Below are positions 13,027 through 26,891 of a DNA stretch of 64,000 nt, in pieces. A program made the position numbers and the translations under genes. Source of the stretch: Obrimoposthia wandeli (Eukaryota); contig CDROCS010000480.1 in assembly GCA_977020255.1 (NCBI GenBank), positions 744,001 through 808,000 on the forward strand. The letters are read 5' to 3'. The notes under the pieces were generated by a model. That model ran no database searches, was not told the DNA's origin, and saw only the letters and a program-made list of their open reading frames with translations. Positions within the stretch are counted from its first letter, which is position 1. Every line of letters begins with the position of its first letter.

Positions 13027-13335
13027 CTGGGTTTTGTTTAATCTTTACACACTATGATGGTTAAATCTAGCTCTAATCAAACTATCAAAAAAGTGGGTCA
13101 CATGACTCATTTCCATACTGGAAGCATGAGCTATTATGGGTTCTATTAAAGCCTAAGCATTTAAGAAATCTGATCGCTTGTTTTCTTCTTTATATTTTCA
13201 ATAATTTCTTCATTTTTCATTGTTGCTGGTTCATTATGTTTCTCCATTTTATTGACAAATTTAAAGCTATAAGAATATTGTTTATAACTCAGAAAACAAG
13301 TAGAAATCTATTTTTAGTAAGATTACAACCTTTTG

Positions 13336-13876
13336 CTACTTTTTGCAAGTAATGTCCTTGTTTAAGAAAGAAATAACATAAGTGTGAAGATTTATATTAA
13401 ATAAAATACATTCAATAATATATTCATATCCTAGTGACTTAACACCAAGTATCATCACCTTCCCACTCGCAAAGAAAATCACGCATAGAGGATTGTATTT
13501 GATATATCGTAGTCCCGGAACATTTTCTGATTCGTAAACTGCATTAAATTCCATACTCGTACTCATCTTGCTCAGGATTATCGGTTTTTCCAAATTAGTA
13601 CTGACACTGATTCATTGGATTTTCTCTATTTTGATTTTGAAAGGAAGAGTGCTTTCATCTAGCACAGCTTTACAGCCCATTATTTTACATGTTCCCAAAT
13701 TATATTAAAGCTTAAATGTAAAATAAATTATTAGATTTGAAAATTATAATAGTATAACCTTCACACTTGAGCCAGTACTGATGCGGTTTTGAAGTCCGAA
13801 ATGAAAAGTGTTGAATATCGCTTACAACCATTCCTTTATAATTAATATTCACCAATTTGATATTATGAAGACACAT
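13336..13876 (-). pseudogene. TBP-like gene of element A
   Basis: IKLVNINYKG..KPHQY..IIIFKS/GTCKIMG..VYESENVPGLRYIKYNPLCVIFFASGKVMILGVK. A 37-nt AT-rich gap sits at the same position as the intron of the 45930-46429 copy. Confidence 0.8.
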
Positions 13877-14132
13877 TTCTGAATATTACAAACTGATTCT
13901 TATATAAATATATATTATTTGAAAATCTATTTTTAGACTACATGTAATCTCTTTGGTCAATTGCCTATGCCATGAAATCTAATATTTCTTACTCGTCTGA
14001 TAAGTCCCTCATTTTGCGAAACGTTCTATAAATTTAGTAGGCATAACAAGATATAATAAAGAAATTTAAGACTTATATACTATTTGAAAATTGAACACTA
14101 TAAACAGTATCTCGATATTGAGTTTATTGAAA

Positions 14133-14800
14133 ATGGATAATCAAGATAGAGCAAGCACATATATAGGTTCTGGTAGTAATTTATATGCTAATATGGATTA
14201 TAATAGAAATAATCATAGAGAAAATATTAATTCAATAACTGAAACAATAACAAGGCCTACGCGCGTAACCGAAGAACGTAAACCCTTTGAGGATATGACT
14301 TATACCAATTGACTTTCATAAACAACGTTATTAACCAATTAGAATCGAGCATCAAAAGATAAACAAATGAATATTTGAACTGTAAATTGTAAATTTGAAT
14401 TTCGAGAATCCAAATTTAGAAAAGCTATATCAGCCTATGCACAAATATCACGGATATGGTATGTACTTTTTGAAAAAATCTCACAACTATAATTTTATCT
14501 TTTCTGTCAACATAGAGACGCTTAGATTTGATTTTCAGGTATCAAATTTGACTTCAATGGATAAGGAGAAAATCAATATTATCTTCAAGCAATTCGGGAT
14601 CAAATAAGAGCTTCAAGAAAACAAATTCATAATCAAGGGACAAAATGCCACTTTCAAGTAGGAAAATGAAACAATATTCGATGGACATCCTCCTAGATTA
14701 GAATGGATTCTCGAAATCAGAATTCAAGGATACAAGATCGGACCCTCTGGATTGATAACACATATATGGAAAATAATTGAGGCAGTTAGAGTTGATTAAT
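14133..14800 (+). pseudogene. Homolog of Polinton ORF 46679-47155 (unknown function)
   Basis: EWILEIRIQGYKIGPSGLITHIWKIIEA aligns with QWTLTIRLYGYKKDEMGTKLPMWKIERA. Confidence 0.7.
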
Positions 14801-15284
14801 AAATTTGTATATGTCTATCTTTGTTTTCTTCCTCTTTATAAACAATAATAATATTTTAATAATAATACTTTATAAATAAATTAGTGAAAAAGCTAGTACT
14901 AAATCAATAAAGACTAAAAAGGGTAAAAAGGGTAAAAAGAAAATGTAGAGTAAATGTGTTCCTTTTATAATAGGGAATCTTTTAAGTAGATGGCTTGCGG
15001 GTTTAATACTAGTGCTATAAAATTGACAAAGAATATGGATTATATTGGAGGTATACAAAAGGGGGTTGGTATACTTGATATTTATGTAGGATTACATAAA
15101 GAATTCTGTGCAATTCAAAAGAATCCTAGTGCATATTTTGGTACAAAATTTTCCCCTAAAAAATCTAAGGAAAAACATGAAATTAACACAATTTTGAGTT
15201 TTTTAAAAATTTGATTTTTTTTAATTTTGTAAATTTAAACAAAAATATTTTTTCGAAAATATTTTGAAAATCCGGTAAATTTTT

Positions 15285-15494
15285 TTTTGAAAATTTAAAT
15301 TTGGCGAGCACAAATATTGATGCGTTTAAACAAAATAATGACCTTCAAATGACCTTGACCTTGGCGTACTCGGGAGAATTGGTTGTCATGGGGACCAACA
15401 TGTTTCCCTGTCAACGGCCATCGTATTCGGGAGAATCTTCCCTCACGGAGGGAAGGACCTATTACCTTGAGTCGAAGTTATCACATCTCCCAAC
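15285..15494 (+). repeat. Polinton right TIR-like end (same family as 12262-12610)
   Basis: Shares tgatgcgtttaaacaaaa, gaccttga and ccttgagtcgaagt.atcacatctccc with 12380-12605. Confidence 0.75.
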
Positions 15495-15559
15495 TCATTT
15501 GGCTTGAATCTTCAGTTGTGGAAACAAATTGGAATATCATATTTTCGTATGATTTGTAG

Positions 15560-16420
15560 TAAGCCGAAACGAGAGATTTCTATGAGGATTAAATACCACT
15601 ATCATATGTAAAAAGGTAGATTCATCATGTAAAATATCATTTGAAAAGTTTCGATATAATGTAGATTTCAATTTTTAACATTTCTTGTGGAACTTTTAAA
15701 ATTGAGTTGTTGCTGTAACTGCTTGATCAACAGGAGGCATTGGTAAAACTAGTTGGTATGACAACACTCGGAATGGATACATTCATGCCAGATTCCTCAC
15801 TCAGCTTGTAAAATAGATTTCATCTTCTATTCGCATGTTTAAAGTCTGCACCAAATCTAATAAGGATTTTTTTTAATGTCCGCCATTTTTGCATCTTCAG
15901 TAACAACTACATGGATAAGATGTGCTGGACAGACGATATGTAACACTTGTGACTTGGTAGTTAACCGAATTTCTTTAAAATACTTGACACAATATGATGC
16001 TGAATAAGAGTTTAATGCAGCAACATTTTTGAATGAAGTTGTACACTCCGTCGAAGTACAATTCATACAGGCTGCCACACTTCTACTATTTGCTGAGGAT
16101 ACAAAGGAGATGTTGGTCAAAACCATTGCTAGTTTCTTGACAATGAAATCATAAAAAGAAAACATCGCTGCTGTTGTTGGTCGATCATCAGGTGACTCAT
16201 CAAGTATAATAGAACGAATGATGTTTCCATTTATTCGTTCAAAACTTTTATCAACCAAAACCGTGTCATTTTTCAATAAATATTTTCTGCTTAAATTGAT
16301 AGAATCAGGCATAGTTTTGGCAGCAAGGCAACATTGTCTCACAAAATCTCCAATCGGCTCGTTGGCCAAATGTAATGGTTGCCCAGAATTGCTAAGAGCG
16401 CGGACAAAATAATTCGCAAC
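15560..16420 (-). mobile_element. hAT (DUF659/CGGBP-like) transposase remnant
   Basis: IILDESPD..SASYCVKYFKEI..VLHIVCPAHLIHVV (acidic first motif and hAT CxxH motif). Confidence 0.65.
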
Positions 16421-17507
16421 GTTTTCGCTTTGTCTGGCAGTTTGCTCTTCTCTAAAAAAAGCAAGTCTGAAGAGGTTCTGACTTCATGATAACAAGGAGT
16501 TGCGTTAATTGTTGATGTCGTTGGCTGCTCAAATGCTCTTTTATCTGACCTGCTCTATTGTCCAACTCTAATTTACACCATTTACAGCATAAATTATATA
16601 TCCGTTTTGCTACTTTTGACTGCTTCTAAGTACTCATAAGGATACTCATTCACATAATGGGCGACCATTTTTCTTTTTCTTCGAATTTTGCAAAAAAACG
16701 GTGAATATCGGTGAAAAACCGAAAACGCATATGCCTACGGATGACTTATTTGATACTCAACAATGACTTATCTTCTTTTGCTTCACTGAAACAGATTTAC
16801 TGGTACAAAATGACTTAAAAATAAACTAAAATAATGTTGATACACGCAAAAAGAATTGCGTTTTGCCTGATTAATAAGCAATAATTTTTAAACAACAGAT
16901 GCAATGGAACTTTATGAAAAGCCAATTGTTACATATTCGACTGACTTTTTAAAATCCATTATTAGGTACGATTTGTTACGAAAACATGAAATACTTGTAT
17001 TAGATTTCATTGTTGCAAACGAGAGTATTTAAGCTTACCGTTTAGAAAGATCCAAATATATTATTAATAAAGGTCCTATCAAGGTTCATAATCTGTATAC
17101 ATAATATCATTTTTCATAATAATCTTTTCATTATCTTCCTCCGATTTAGAAATTTTACTAATTACATTGATAATTAAAGAAGAATGAAAATATTTAAGAA
17201 AATGATTTTAGACATAACATCACTATTTACAATTTTTTGAACGTGCATTTAAAATATTTTTGCCATAATCAGAATCCAAAAACTATTCCTAAACATGTAT
17301 AGAAAGAATAAATTATTATAATTTTTACATTAAAATACCTTTAATAAATAGTGTTACTTCAGCTACTTCTCAATCAAAACAGAGCAATTTAATAAATTTA
17401 CATAATACTAAAAAAAGTTAATTTAAAACAAATTCAAAATAAATTTGTAGAAGGAAAATGTTAAAAACTTAATGCATAATAACTATTCGTTTACAACACC
17501 TCTACAG

Positions 17508-18051
17508 AACTGACTTCTTCCCTGGACTGGGTTGGATGGTGATGCGCAATATCTGGATTGAAGTAGAAGAGACATGGCCCAAATTTGATTGGGATTGGTA
17601 CATGCGAAACAAGAATATCAGTAAAGGTCGTCAATGCATTCGACCGGAAATCCCAAGAGTGAAGACGATTGGCAAAAACGGGACTTCTCATATTAGTATC
17701 TACAAGCAATACATAAAACACCTTATTTACAACCGGCAATTTGTCAATTTTACAAAAATTGATCTTAGTTATCTTGTGCAAAACAAACACTTGGACATGT
17801 GGCACAATATGCTCAGAAAAAGTTTATATTTAAATCCTATCTATTTCAGAAAATTTTTGAAATATCCAGATAAATTTAGAAATCTAAGCTTATATTATAA
17901 ATTAAAATATATAAATAATTTTGATGCCAAATTTATACTTGACCGTTTTGGTTTAATGTCTGATGAACGAGAAGGAATTTTTAGGTGTTCATATGATGGG
18001 TATATAAAGATCATGTACCACGGTATGAGAGTTATTCTATATCATGTATAG
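17508..18051 (+). CDS. Terminal exon of a GT13 (MGAT1/POMGNT1-family) glycosyltransferase paralog; upstream exons not in window
   Basis: Acceptor ctacag| then (R)TDFFPGLGWM..WPKFDWDWYMR..RQCIRPEIPR; open to the stop at 18051. Confidence 0.85.
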
Positions 18052-19949
18052 AAGTCAGAATATTGTATAAAAGTATTATTGCTTTAAAATTGTGACCTGT
18101 GAATTTCTATTTCAACGAATTTAAACGTGTTTAATATAAATTTCTATTGCATTTTTCTTTTTTTCTCAAAGATAATTGTATTTTTATTGCTTCTCTAATT
18201 TTTTAAAAGATAATGATTCTTCGTAGTTATTTTATTAATTTCCATTGGTTGACATAATTATATATTTTTCATAGCTAGATATGTGTTAGTGAAGATTTCA
18301 TATTTTTAATTTTAGGTCATCGTCAGAATATTATTATTACAATAACGAACAAATGATTTAAGTAAGGGAATGTCCCGAGTATTTCTGATTTTGGACATCT
18401 GGTGGCCACAAGGTTTGACGTTCGACACAAGGAGTAGATGTTCGACATATAAGACATTTTGTTCCTCTTAACGTATGACTTATTTTGACTCACCATAATG
18501 GATGACACATCATCCGTTGGACGTATTATGCATTATCATGCGCCGAAATTTACTTTAAAAGACATTAACTATTAAGGTTGTAGGTGGTTCTTCGAAGGTG
18601 GTTCTTCGAAGGTTAATCTTCAAGCGTCAAAACTTTTGACCTTTTTATTTCTCTACCTTTCAAAGTTATATATGATACACTTGTGCATACCTTGATCAGA
18701 CCTTCGACTTAATGGAAATATGAAATATGAAATAGAAATATGAATACAATTCAAGATTCATCGTTTTCTTACCTCTCTGACATATCCGTATTACCTTTAC
18801 TTGCATATTTATAACATTTTACAACAAAAGTTCTTTGTTAATCTTAAATTTTCACTAAAATTAAAAAGTGAAAAACTGTCAAAATATTCTTGGGTCTACA
18901 CAACATTTTTCAAATTTCTCATTTTTCCAATTCTTGAAAAATCTATAAACTGACACACATTACACACATTGAGAATCTTGAGAAACACTATTTATTTCTA
19001 ACCATCAAAAGTTTATAAAAATATTACTAAACTATGCTTACCTTTTTTAATTTTATAAACGCTTTCTTCCTTTAAACATTTATTAACATTTTTATTTTCA
19101 ATATACTTTCATCATTATCGACAATATTTTTAAGAAATCATTAACCCCTTGTAGAGGGTGTGTATCTTTTGAAACAAAGACATTGGATCCCTCAAAGTAT
19201 GACTCGTCGATAACTCATGTCTTCTGTTCCTAGAGAACAACGACTAGGACTCCTGTTCTTTTATATTTAGAAACCTATTTTCAAACGTATATTTCTTTGA
19301 ATATAAAGATCGTATTGTATTGACATGCGGTCTTCGTTAACGGATAGTCCTAACTTTTAAGGGTCTAAAACGAACTTAGTTATTAATATTATATTTAATA
19401 TTTTTAACTAGATAATATTATATTAATTATTCTTGGATATAACTTATAATTAGGTGCTAGATGATGCAACTGTTTATCATAAAAAACATTTTGTTTAAAT
19501 ACATTAATTTCATAATTATATTATTTAAACAAGAACAATTTAATTACATCAATGTATCTAGGTTATTATATATAATGTGTATTTTTAAATTCAATTAAAT
19601 GTATTAAAAATTATCTATTGTTAAATGAAGAATATTTGTTATACTGCATCATTAAAAATAACTATCCCACTTCTAAAATAATTCATGAAAATTAAGTTGT
19701 TTTTTACTTTCCTTCATTGAAACAAAGACAATAGGTTGAAACAAAGGCCACGACTCATGTCAATAGTGTCATTTATTTTGCAGGTAAGTTGCAATATGAG
19801 AAGAAGGTGTATATTTGGTAACAATGACATTACTCCCTCTCCTGATACTCAGATCATGACTCATTGATGACTCATGTTCTTTGTTGGGATTTAACAAAGT
19901 TATAATATATTCCTTCACGAACGAATGTGACGGTCTTAATCCATTACCG

Positions 19950-20676
19950 GCTGCTACTCCAACTGCAGATGATATGATGCTGCTGCTGAGCCCATATTCC
20001 AAAGGCCACATAATCCTGTGAGACAAGACAAGAGAATACTGGCGATGAATGAGTATGAATTATTTAGTTAATTCATACGTTTTAAAAAAAAAATCAGAAA
20101 CTTCAACTGGCCCGATCGGTGACTTTGGTGGAGAGGCTGCTGGAACTTGAAATTACTGTCAGCCAATGTATCCCGGAGATACCAAAGACTCAGCTGCAAT
20201 ACCTTGTGTCCTACGATAATATTCAGGTAAATTATTTAATATTAGGAAATTATATTTTATTATTTTTTTGATGTAGGAATTCTACCAGGTAGATGAGGTG
20301 CTGGAAGAGGCTACTACAATCATACCGACAGACCGGAAATATGCAGTGGTGCAGAAATCAAAAATGCACAAAGTAACGACGAAAACCGTCCAAACCTATA
20401 AGGTGAAGTTTCTGAAACAGGCAAACCAGCCAATAATAGAAGTAAATTATCTATATAAATATTTTTAAATTTATTTATTTTTAAAAAATCATGCAGGAAC
20501 CAGATCAGGTGCAGCTATTGGAGGAGTTTCTAGGAGAGGCTGCTTCAATCAAATCTAGGTGCAAGCAGCGGGTGGTGGTGCACAAGAAAAAGAGGAGAAG
20601 GTGTCAATTATACAGCAAGAGATTCTTTCTTCAACATGCTGATCTTGTACAAGAGGATCTTAGTCGCTTCTATTGA
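19950..20676 (+). pseudogene. Spliced Polinton accessory gene, homolog of 34787-35573
   Basis: Exons 20098-20226, 20277-20441 and 20497-20676; introns 20227-20276 and 20442-20496 (gtaaattat...ag). Confidence 0.75.
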
Positions 20677-21769
20677 GATAACTCCTCCTCCAAGTCAGCA
20701 TTGAATGTAGGAGACATTGTTAGTCAACTCTACTATGTCGCCTCAGTACGAACACCGGTTATTCAACAGAAATCCCGCCTCAGCCAAAATTTTACGTGAG
20801 TTTAGGAGGATGCCGCAACATATCCTCTTCCTGAGCATCTACAAGCCAGAATTTAAAGTTGTCGGAACTGGAGACTCTGCCCCTGTAGCCACAACTAAAA
20901 GCCATGTATCCAATTTTGAACTGCTAACAGGATGCAGTTGCACGGCCGTTGGAGCGCTAAAAGGACCAGAAAAATGAAGCGATCTCAAAAAAAAAATTAC
21001 GTAGCTCCAATATCTCAGCCGTCAACTTTACCGGCCGTAGCATCTACTTCGGCTGCAAGGTCTCCTAAAATGTCGCAGCCAATCCTACCAAAGCCGTTTG
21101 GGATGGCAATTGTTACACAGCAACCGGTAGTTGTGCAGCTGAAGAAGCACCCGGTACCGTGAGAACCTCGTTCACTAAGTCGAAGGGAGATCGATGAGGA
21201 TGATGACTTTGTGAAATGCTTCCTTAAAAAAATAGTCTTTATTTGTTTTGATTTCTTTGTTTTGATTTTTTTCATTAATATTATCATATAATAAATATAT
21301 ATTTTAAAAGTTTAAAATAAAAATAAAACATTGTTTTTCTATAACTGGATATATTTAGATATAGTTTAATTACTTTTTTTATTACTTTAATAATTACTAG
21401 TTTTAATAAAAATTACTTTGATACATATTTCTCAAAAAAATTGGTGTTTTTATCACATTTCAATGAAAAAAATTGAATAATTTAAAAATAATAAAGATTA
21501 AAAACTTACTTTTTTTATTTATTCCTTTTATAGAATATAATTGGAGTAAAATTATTTCGAAATTAATATGAATATGATCAAATTTATATTTGATTTCATT
21601 GTTTATAAAATGGAATTATCTCAAATGACGAAGCTTCTGACTCCGATAGAGAAAAATATAAGGATAAAAATTTCAAGAAAAGAGACCTGCAGAAGTTTGT
21701 ATTCATTTATTATCCTTAGATGAAAGGTAGTTTTTTCCTAATTTTGATATACAATTTCCAGTCTCTTCA

Positions 21770-22150
21770 AAAGAGGAAAAGCCACACTATTTAATGTTGT
21801 ATGCCAGCCTGATCCATATTGCTTACCAACAAAATATGTTAATTCACCACATTGTTGGCTTTGACTATAAGCTTCAATTATCGCAGGATTCGCTATTTCA
21901 TTTTCTTAAATGTATTGTTAAACTTGTCTTGGCTCCATATGAAATCTATTAATTGTCCAGAATCATCTCTAATATTTACATCAATATTTTTTATAAATAT
22001 GCGAGCAACTGTAAGATACATTGATTGATCTATACGAATAGCGATAACTTTCCCAATTTTAATTTGACTTTGAGATATCCATATCGTTCTCAAAAGTGGT
22101 ACTCGTAGTCCTCATACAAGCGTTGGTTATATTAAACTAATCTAAATATA
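21770..22150 (-). pseudogene. Minor capsid C-terminus and core-like gene start
   Basis: A 48-nt stretch (atatgttaattcaccacattgttggctttgactataagcttcaattat) is identical to ~42660-42707. Confidence 0.85.
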
Positions 22151-23047
22151 TAACTGATTTAAAAGTGTTGTCTTACTTTTAGCTTTTATGGTTTTTATTG
22201 CATGGTTTCAAAAGTATTTTTAGTTAAACTGAGGTTTTTAGCGAGTTTATCATAAAAGAAAACCCGTTTTATATTGCGCTTTACTGTAAACGTCAATTTA
22301 CCATTTTTAATGTTACACATTTATCCAAATATTCACTAAATTCCTTCATTATAAATTTACATAAATTCGCTTCACTATCTATTTTAGGTAGTTGCTGTGA
22401 ATTAGAAGTATATTTACTACTGGAACTCAGTATTGTTTGGGCCTAGCTGATTTGTGACTTTAAACTGGACCATTTGATGTAGTACGAATATCCAACGAGT
22501 TCTGCTAAGTATTTACATAGTTGTTGTTTCTGTTTGATGTTTCTATTTGAAACTCTTAAATAGATCCTCGTATGGAGGTCACCAACGTGAGTTCTATAGC
22601 AATAGGGCTTGCCGTTGTTCGTGGCCTATTTAGATTTTAATCTTACCTATCTCAATTTCTAATCTGAAGGTTTTGTTTAAAATCTGTGTTGTGGAGATGT
22701 GTAAAGAGTTGTGTACACGGGGTACTAGAAAATTTCCCTTATTGTGGTGTAGTGTATGGTTGGTTGGTACTTGCCTGGTTGTAGGGGTTTGTTCAATTCA
22801 ACACTGCTTAATTGTAGGAAAGCTTTATTCTCTAAATTCACTCTAACTAGCTTCCTAAAAATTACAACAATTAGTTCTAACTACTGTACTAAACGTCACA
22901 CAAATGGAGATATCTTAACATATCGATTTTAAACGTATATAATAATTTGCACGCTTCTAATTTCTTTGAAATTTGCTCTAACTTTTAGGGTTTTTAGTCC
23001 AAACTTTGGACGTTCGAAAAATTACCGTACTTCCATATTCAAAATAA

Positions 23048-23276
23048 TATTTAATGGGAATCAAACTTCAAAATGATATTTAATAAAAATCAATATTTAA
23101 TTTGGTATTTAATTTAAATCAATCTTCCAAATGATGTTTAACGGAAATCAATATTCAATTTGGTTTTTAATGGAAATCAATATTCAAACTAGTATTTAAT
23201 GGAAATCAATCTTCTAAATGATATTTAACGGAAATCAATATTCAAATTGGTATTTAATGGAAATCAATATTCTAGC
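23048..23276 (+). repeat. 29-bp minisatellite x8 (tatttaatggaaatcaatattcaaattgg)
   Basis: Eight head-to-tail units with two interleaved variants (..cttc..atga / ..attc..ttgg). Confidence 0.9.
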
Positions 23277-23999
23277 AAGTTTATGAATTTGTTACCTTTA
23301 TGATAACCTTTTTGCTTCCTCTGGATACCGTCAACTTCTCTTGATGCTTTTGGAAACCGTGTGACTATTAGGCTTTTCTAGAAAAATATTTTCCTTGATT
23401 TATGCACGTGTTCTGGGTTTTTCTGGCTCGGCAAGTGCTTACTCTGCGAGTAATTAATTTTACTTAATTACAATTCTCCTTACCTCTTGTTAATGGTTTC
23501 CTACTGACTGGAGATGCTAATGGTTAGCTAAGTGCTCCCCAGACAATGCTAATGGATTTCTGGTCTTCTCTTTTCTTTAATTACACTCTCAATTTTCGTT
23601 AATTACACTCACTTTTCGTTAATTACACCCTGGGCTGATCTAATCTTTTTTGGGCCCTTAATAATTTTAACCTTCAACTACACACAACGCACCACATACT
23701 TGACCTCTTCAAGGTCCAAAAATACTTTTCGATTTTATTCCCTCCAATTTTATTCTAATTGAAAATTCTATTTAATTTTTTATTATTTTAGCCTTGCTTT
23801 CAGGGTTTTATTTTCTTATATAAATAATTAATTATTTCTATAAATATTAAAATCATTATCCTAACATTTCTTTAGTCTGTCGAAGTTTCCATAATGATTC
23901 TTTAATATCAGCACTAATTTTGACACTGAATTTATCCTAGAAACATGAGAATTTCACAAAAAATATTGTGTCGCTTTTCAATTCATTGATTATTCTTTT

Positions 24000-24300
24000 A
24001 ACCTTTGACCACCATGGATGAATGTGACCGGTTCGTGTTTCAATAGTATTACTTACCTACTGTACAGCAGTGTCGATTGTAGGTTCAAGGGCAGGACTTC
24101 TGTACGTCATATCGACAACAAGTTCGTTGATAGCCAGTTTTTCCAACACATTTGCAAGATAATCATTATATGCAGAACACAGTCCAAGTCCTCCAAGTTC
24201 TTTGTGCGTATGTTGATTTAACGTATTGAGAAAATTGTTTGGGATGTTGAGTAGATGTTTCGGATAAGTTTATTGATTTGGATGTCATATCCGCTGCCTG
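24000..24300 (-). mobile_element. Non-LTR retrotransposon fragment (post-RT region)
   Basis: HTHKELGGLGLCSAYNDY matches the GGLG motif that follows the RT of RLE-type elements; compare ~59000-59100. Confidence 0.5.
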
Positions 24301-26891
24301 TTGTACTACCACATACATTCTTTAAACATTAAACATTCAATTCATAGTTTCTGAGTTTCTTGTAGGCTTTGAATCATCAATTCTTTTCATATCATGAATA
24401 TATCAAAATGTGTAAAATAATTGCTACCAAATTATTTAAAAAATTACTTTTATAAAAATTTTAAATTTTTAGATCCAAAATTTTTCTCAAAAACTATTTT
24501 TCAAATTTCAACTATTTGCAAGAAGAATTTTTTAATATAATTTTTTTTTAAAATTATCATTACTACTTACAAGTAGTTTATTAAATTAAAATTCTAAGAA
24601 CAAATACGTATATGACGAAATTTATGAACATTTGTTTTACTTCATTATTATCTCAATAATTTAAATAAAATTCATTAACTACATTTGAACTAGCTTAATG
24701 TATCTAACATTTGTCTAAATGTATCAAATAAATTATTACTCTAAGAAAAGTATATAAGAATTGTATTACTATATTTGGAAAGTGGTTTAATAAAAAAACT
24801 ATATTTGAAATACTTATATTAATTAAATTTAAAAAATTATTTGTAAAATAACTTCCAACTAATTGTATTTACGCCTGTGTGTGTTTGAAACAAAGTTAGT
24901 CAGGAAGTGCACCTAAGTTGCAAAAAACTTGCAACTATATGTATTTGTGTGTATGTGTTTGTAACTGTTGGAAGATTAGTTACCAAAACTAAAATCCCAT
25001 CATAGCTAGCTAGACATTGGATGCGTGTGTATATGTTTGTAATCGTGAGAAGATTAGTTGCCACAACTAATTGATTGTGCATTTATGTTCGCTTGTCAAC
25101 TCGTCATACTTGTTGGTCATTATTTTATGTCAGTAAGCATTAAGTATGTATGTGGGTATATGTATTATTCAGATGTGGATTACATCTTGTCACTATATTT
25201 ATTGATAGTGCATGAAAATATATCGCAAATAATATAAGTAAATATTGATAATATGGTAGAATATGATTATTTTTGCAATTGAAGTAAGAATCAATTATTT
25301 ATCATTAGTTTTGAAATAAAATCATCAAGACCGAAATGATTCTCAAATAATGATTATATAAAATAAATCGTTTGCTTGCTGGATATTTATTGTAAGTGTT
25401 ATAAACGTTGGAAATATAATGATTTTATTTGACTTTTTCAAACTAAAATATTTACTAAATTATCAATACCTATATTTTTACTCGTATCTGTGTCAATTAT
25501 CGTCTTGCCTTTTTGGCTTCTTGGAGGGTATAAACGGCACTACTTATAGTATCAGCACCATCAACGGTATATATATGTAGAAACCGCCAATAAATATATA
25601 TAAGAAAAGGTTTCATACCATCAACGGGAGTAGCAGGATGAGTAGATGGAGATGAGTGTAATGACGTGTAGATAATTACATGAGGCATATGTCAAACTTA
25701 CAAAAATATATGTACATTATAATAATTACAAAATATGTTTATGTACAAGGTATTAGTTATAAAATATGTGTATGTACAGAAGCTAATTCTAACAAAAATA
25801 ATACCCCGTCTAAATAGAATTAATCCAAACATTCAAATGCAACAGGGATTAGGAAAAGTATTACAAAAACCTGAGTTAAATTGCATAAAGTATAAACGAT
25901 ATTATTAAAAATCAATAACATTTACATGAAAATTGAGATAATGGATCGTTAGCTAGTAGTAGTAAGTGAGGTGATATTTATATTGTATAAATCAACAAAT
26001 TGATTTTTTAAAATTTAATGTCAATTATTTTCATTTCTGCCCCTTAGCTGCTAATTACAAATCAATATCCCAACAACAAATATATAAACAAATAGAAACA
26101 CACGATAAAAGTTCAAGTAATATGTATAGGGGTCATTACATATTTTTCAGGAGTTTCAATAGCAGAGTAACAAACTTTAAATAAAAAAGAATAAAAATAA
26201 TAATTAAAAAAAGAAGATGTATATGTATAAATTATAAATTAGAAGGTCCAATTAAAAATGAATCCAATGGAGATGTATTCAATTGATAATGTTGATTTTC
26301 AATAAAAATATATCTTCGATGTTAATTTCAATAAAAGTATATATTCGGATCAGTTTTATTAATTGTGTAATAAAAAATATAAAACACTTGTGTTCAACTT
26401 TTATAAATGGTGTCAATTTTATAATATGGGTAGACAGTAAAAAATGTGTGTAGATTACAATTGAGAGAAAAATGTGCAGAGGATAGAAACAAACATTGAA
26501 GGAGACAATTTCATTGATTTAGAAATTTGTGTTTCCCTCATGCTGCACAGCAAAATATAAGTTTCCATGATGCACCAATATTGAACTGTATTGGAGAATC
26601 TGTTACCAAGGGAAGATCCCCACATCAACTGGGCAGCTAGAGATCTACACAAAATACATGTATGAGTGAGTATGGGTGAAAATTAGTGAGAATGAGTGAG
26701 TAAGAGATGAGTGAGTATGTAAGGCGAGTATGTAAGGCTAGCTATGGGTGTGTGTGTGTTACTTATGCATGTGTGTACATTAATTCCATGTGTCGATGAT
26801 TTTTATCGACATATGGCAGACGGAAAAACCTCTTTTCTTATCTCTGACTTCGCGGTGGGCAATTTCTTGCGAAGCCAGAGATAAGCTTGCC

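Larger units (their letters stand above)
1950..15494 (-). mobile_element. Polinton/Maverick element A (left end lost; interrupted at 8245-12610)
   Basis: Minus-strand run INT-mCP-core-MCP-PRO-exonuclease-like-ZnF/pPolB at 1950-8140. Right arm has phosphatase-like, TBP-like and ORF158-like genes, then a TIR-like end at ~15285-15494 (gagtcgaagttatcacatctcccaact). Right-arm order matches element B. Confidence 0.8.
19800..22600. mobile_element. Internally deleted Polinton fragment related to element B
   Basis: Spliced accessory gene on + (19950-20676) plus minor capsid C-terminus and core-like gene on - (21770-22150), the same relative orientation as in element B. Termini not found. Confidence 0.75.

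Noticed and set aside
23048-23276. CRISPR-like array
   Set aside because: Units are contiguous with no unique spacers; eukaryotic context and no cas genes.
22743-23696. Solo LTR (TGTGGTG...CACCACA)
   Set aside because: Only 7-bp inverted ends and the flanks (cttat / tactt) do not form a TSD.
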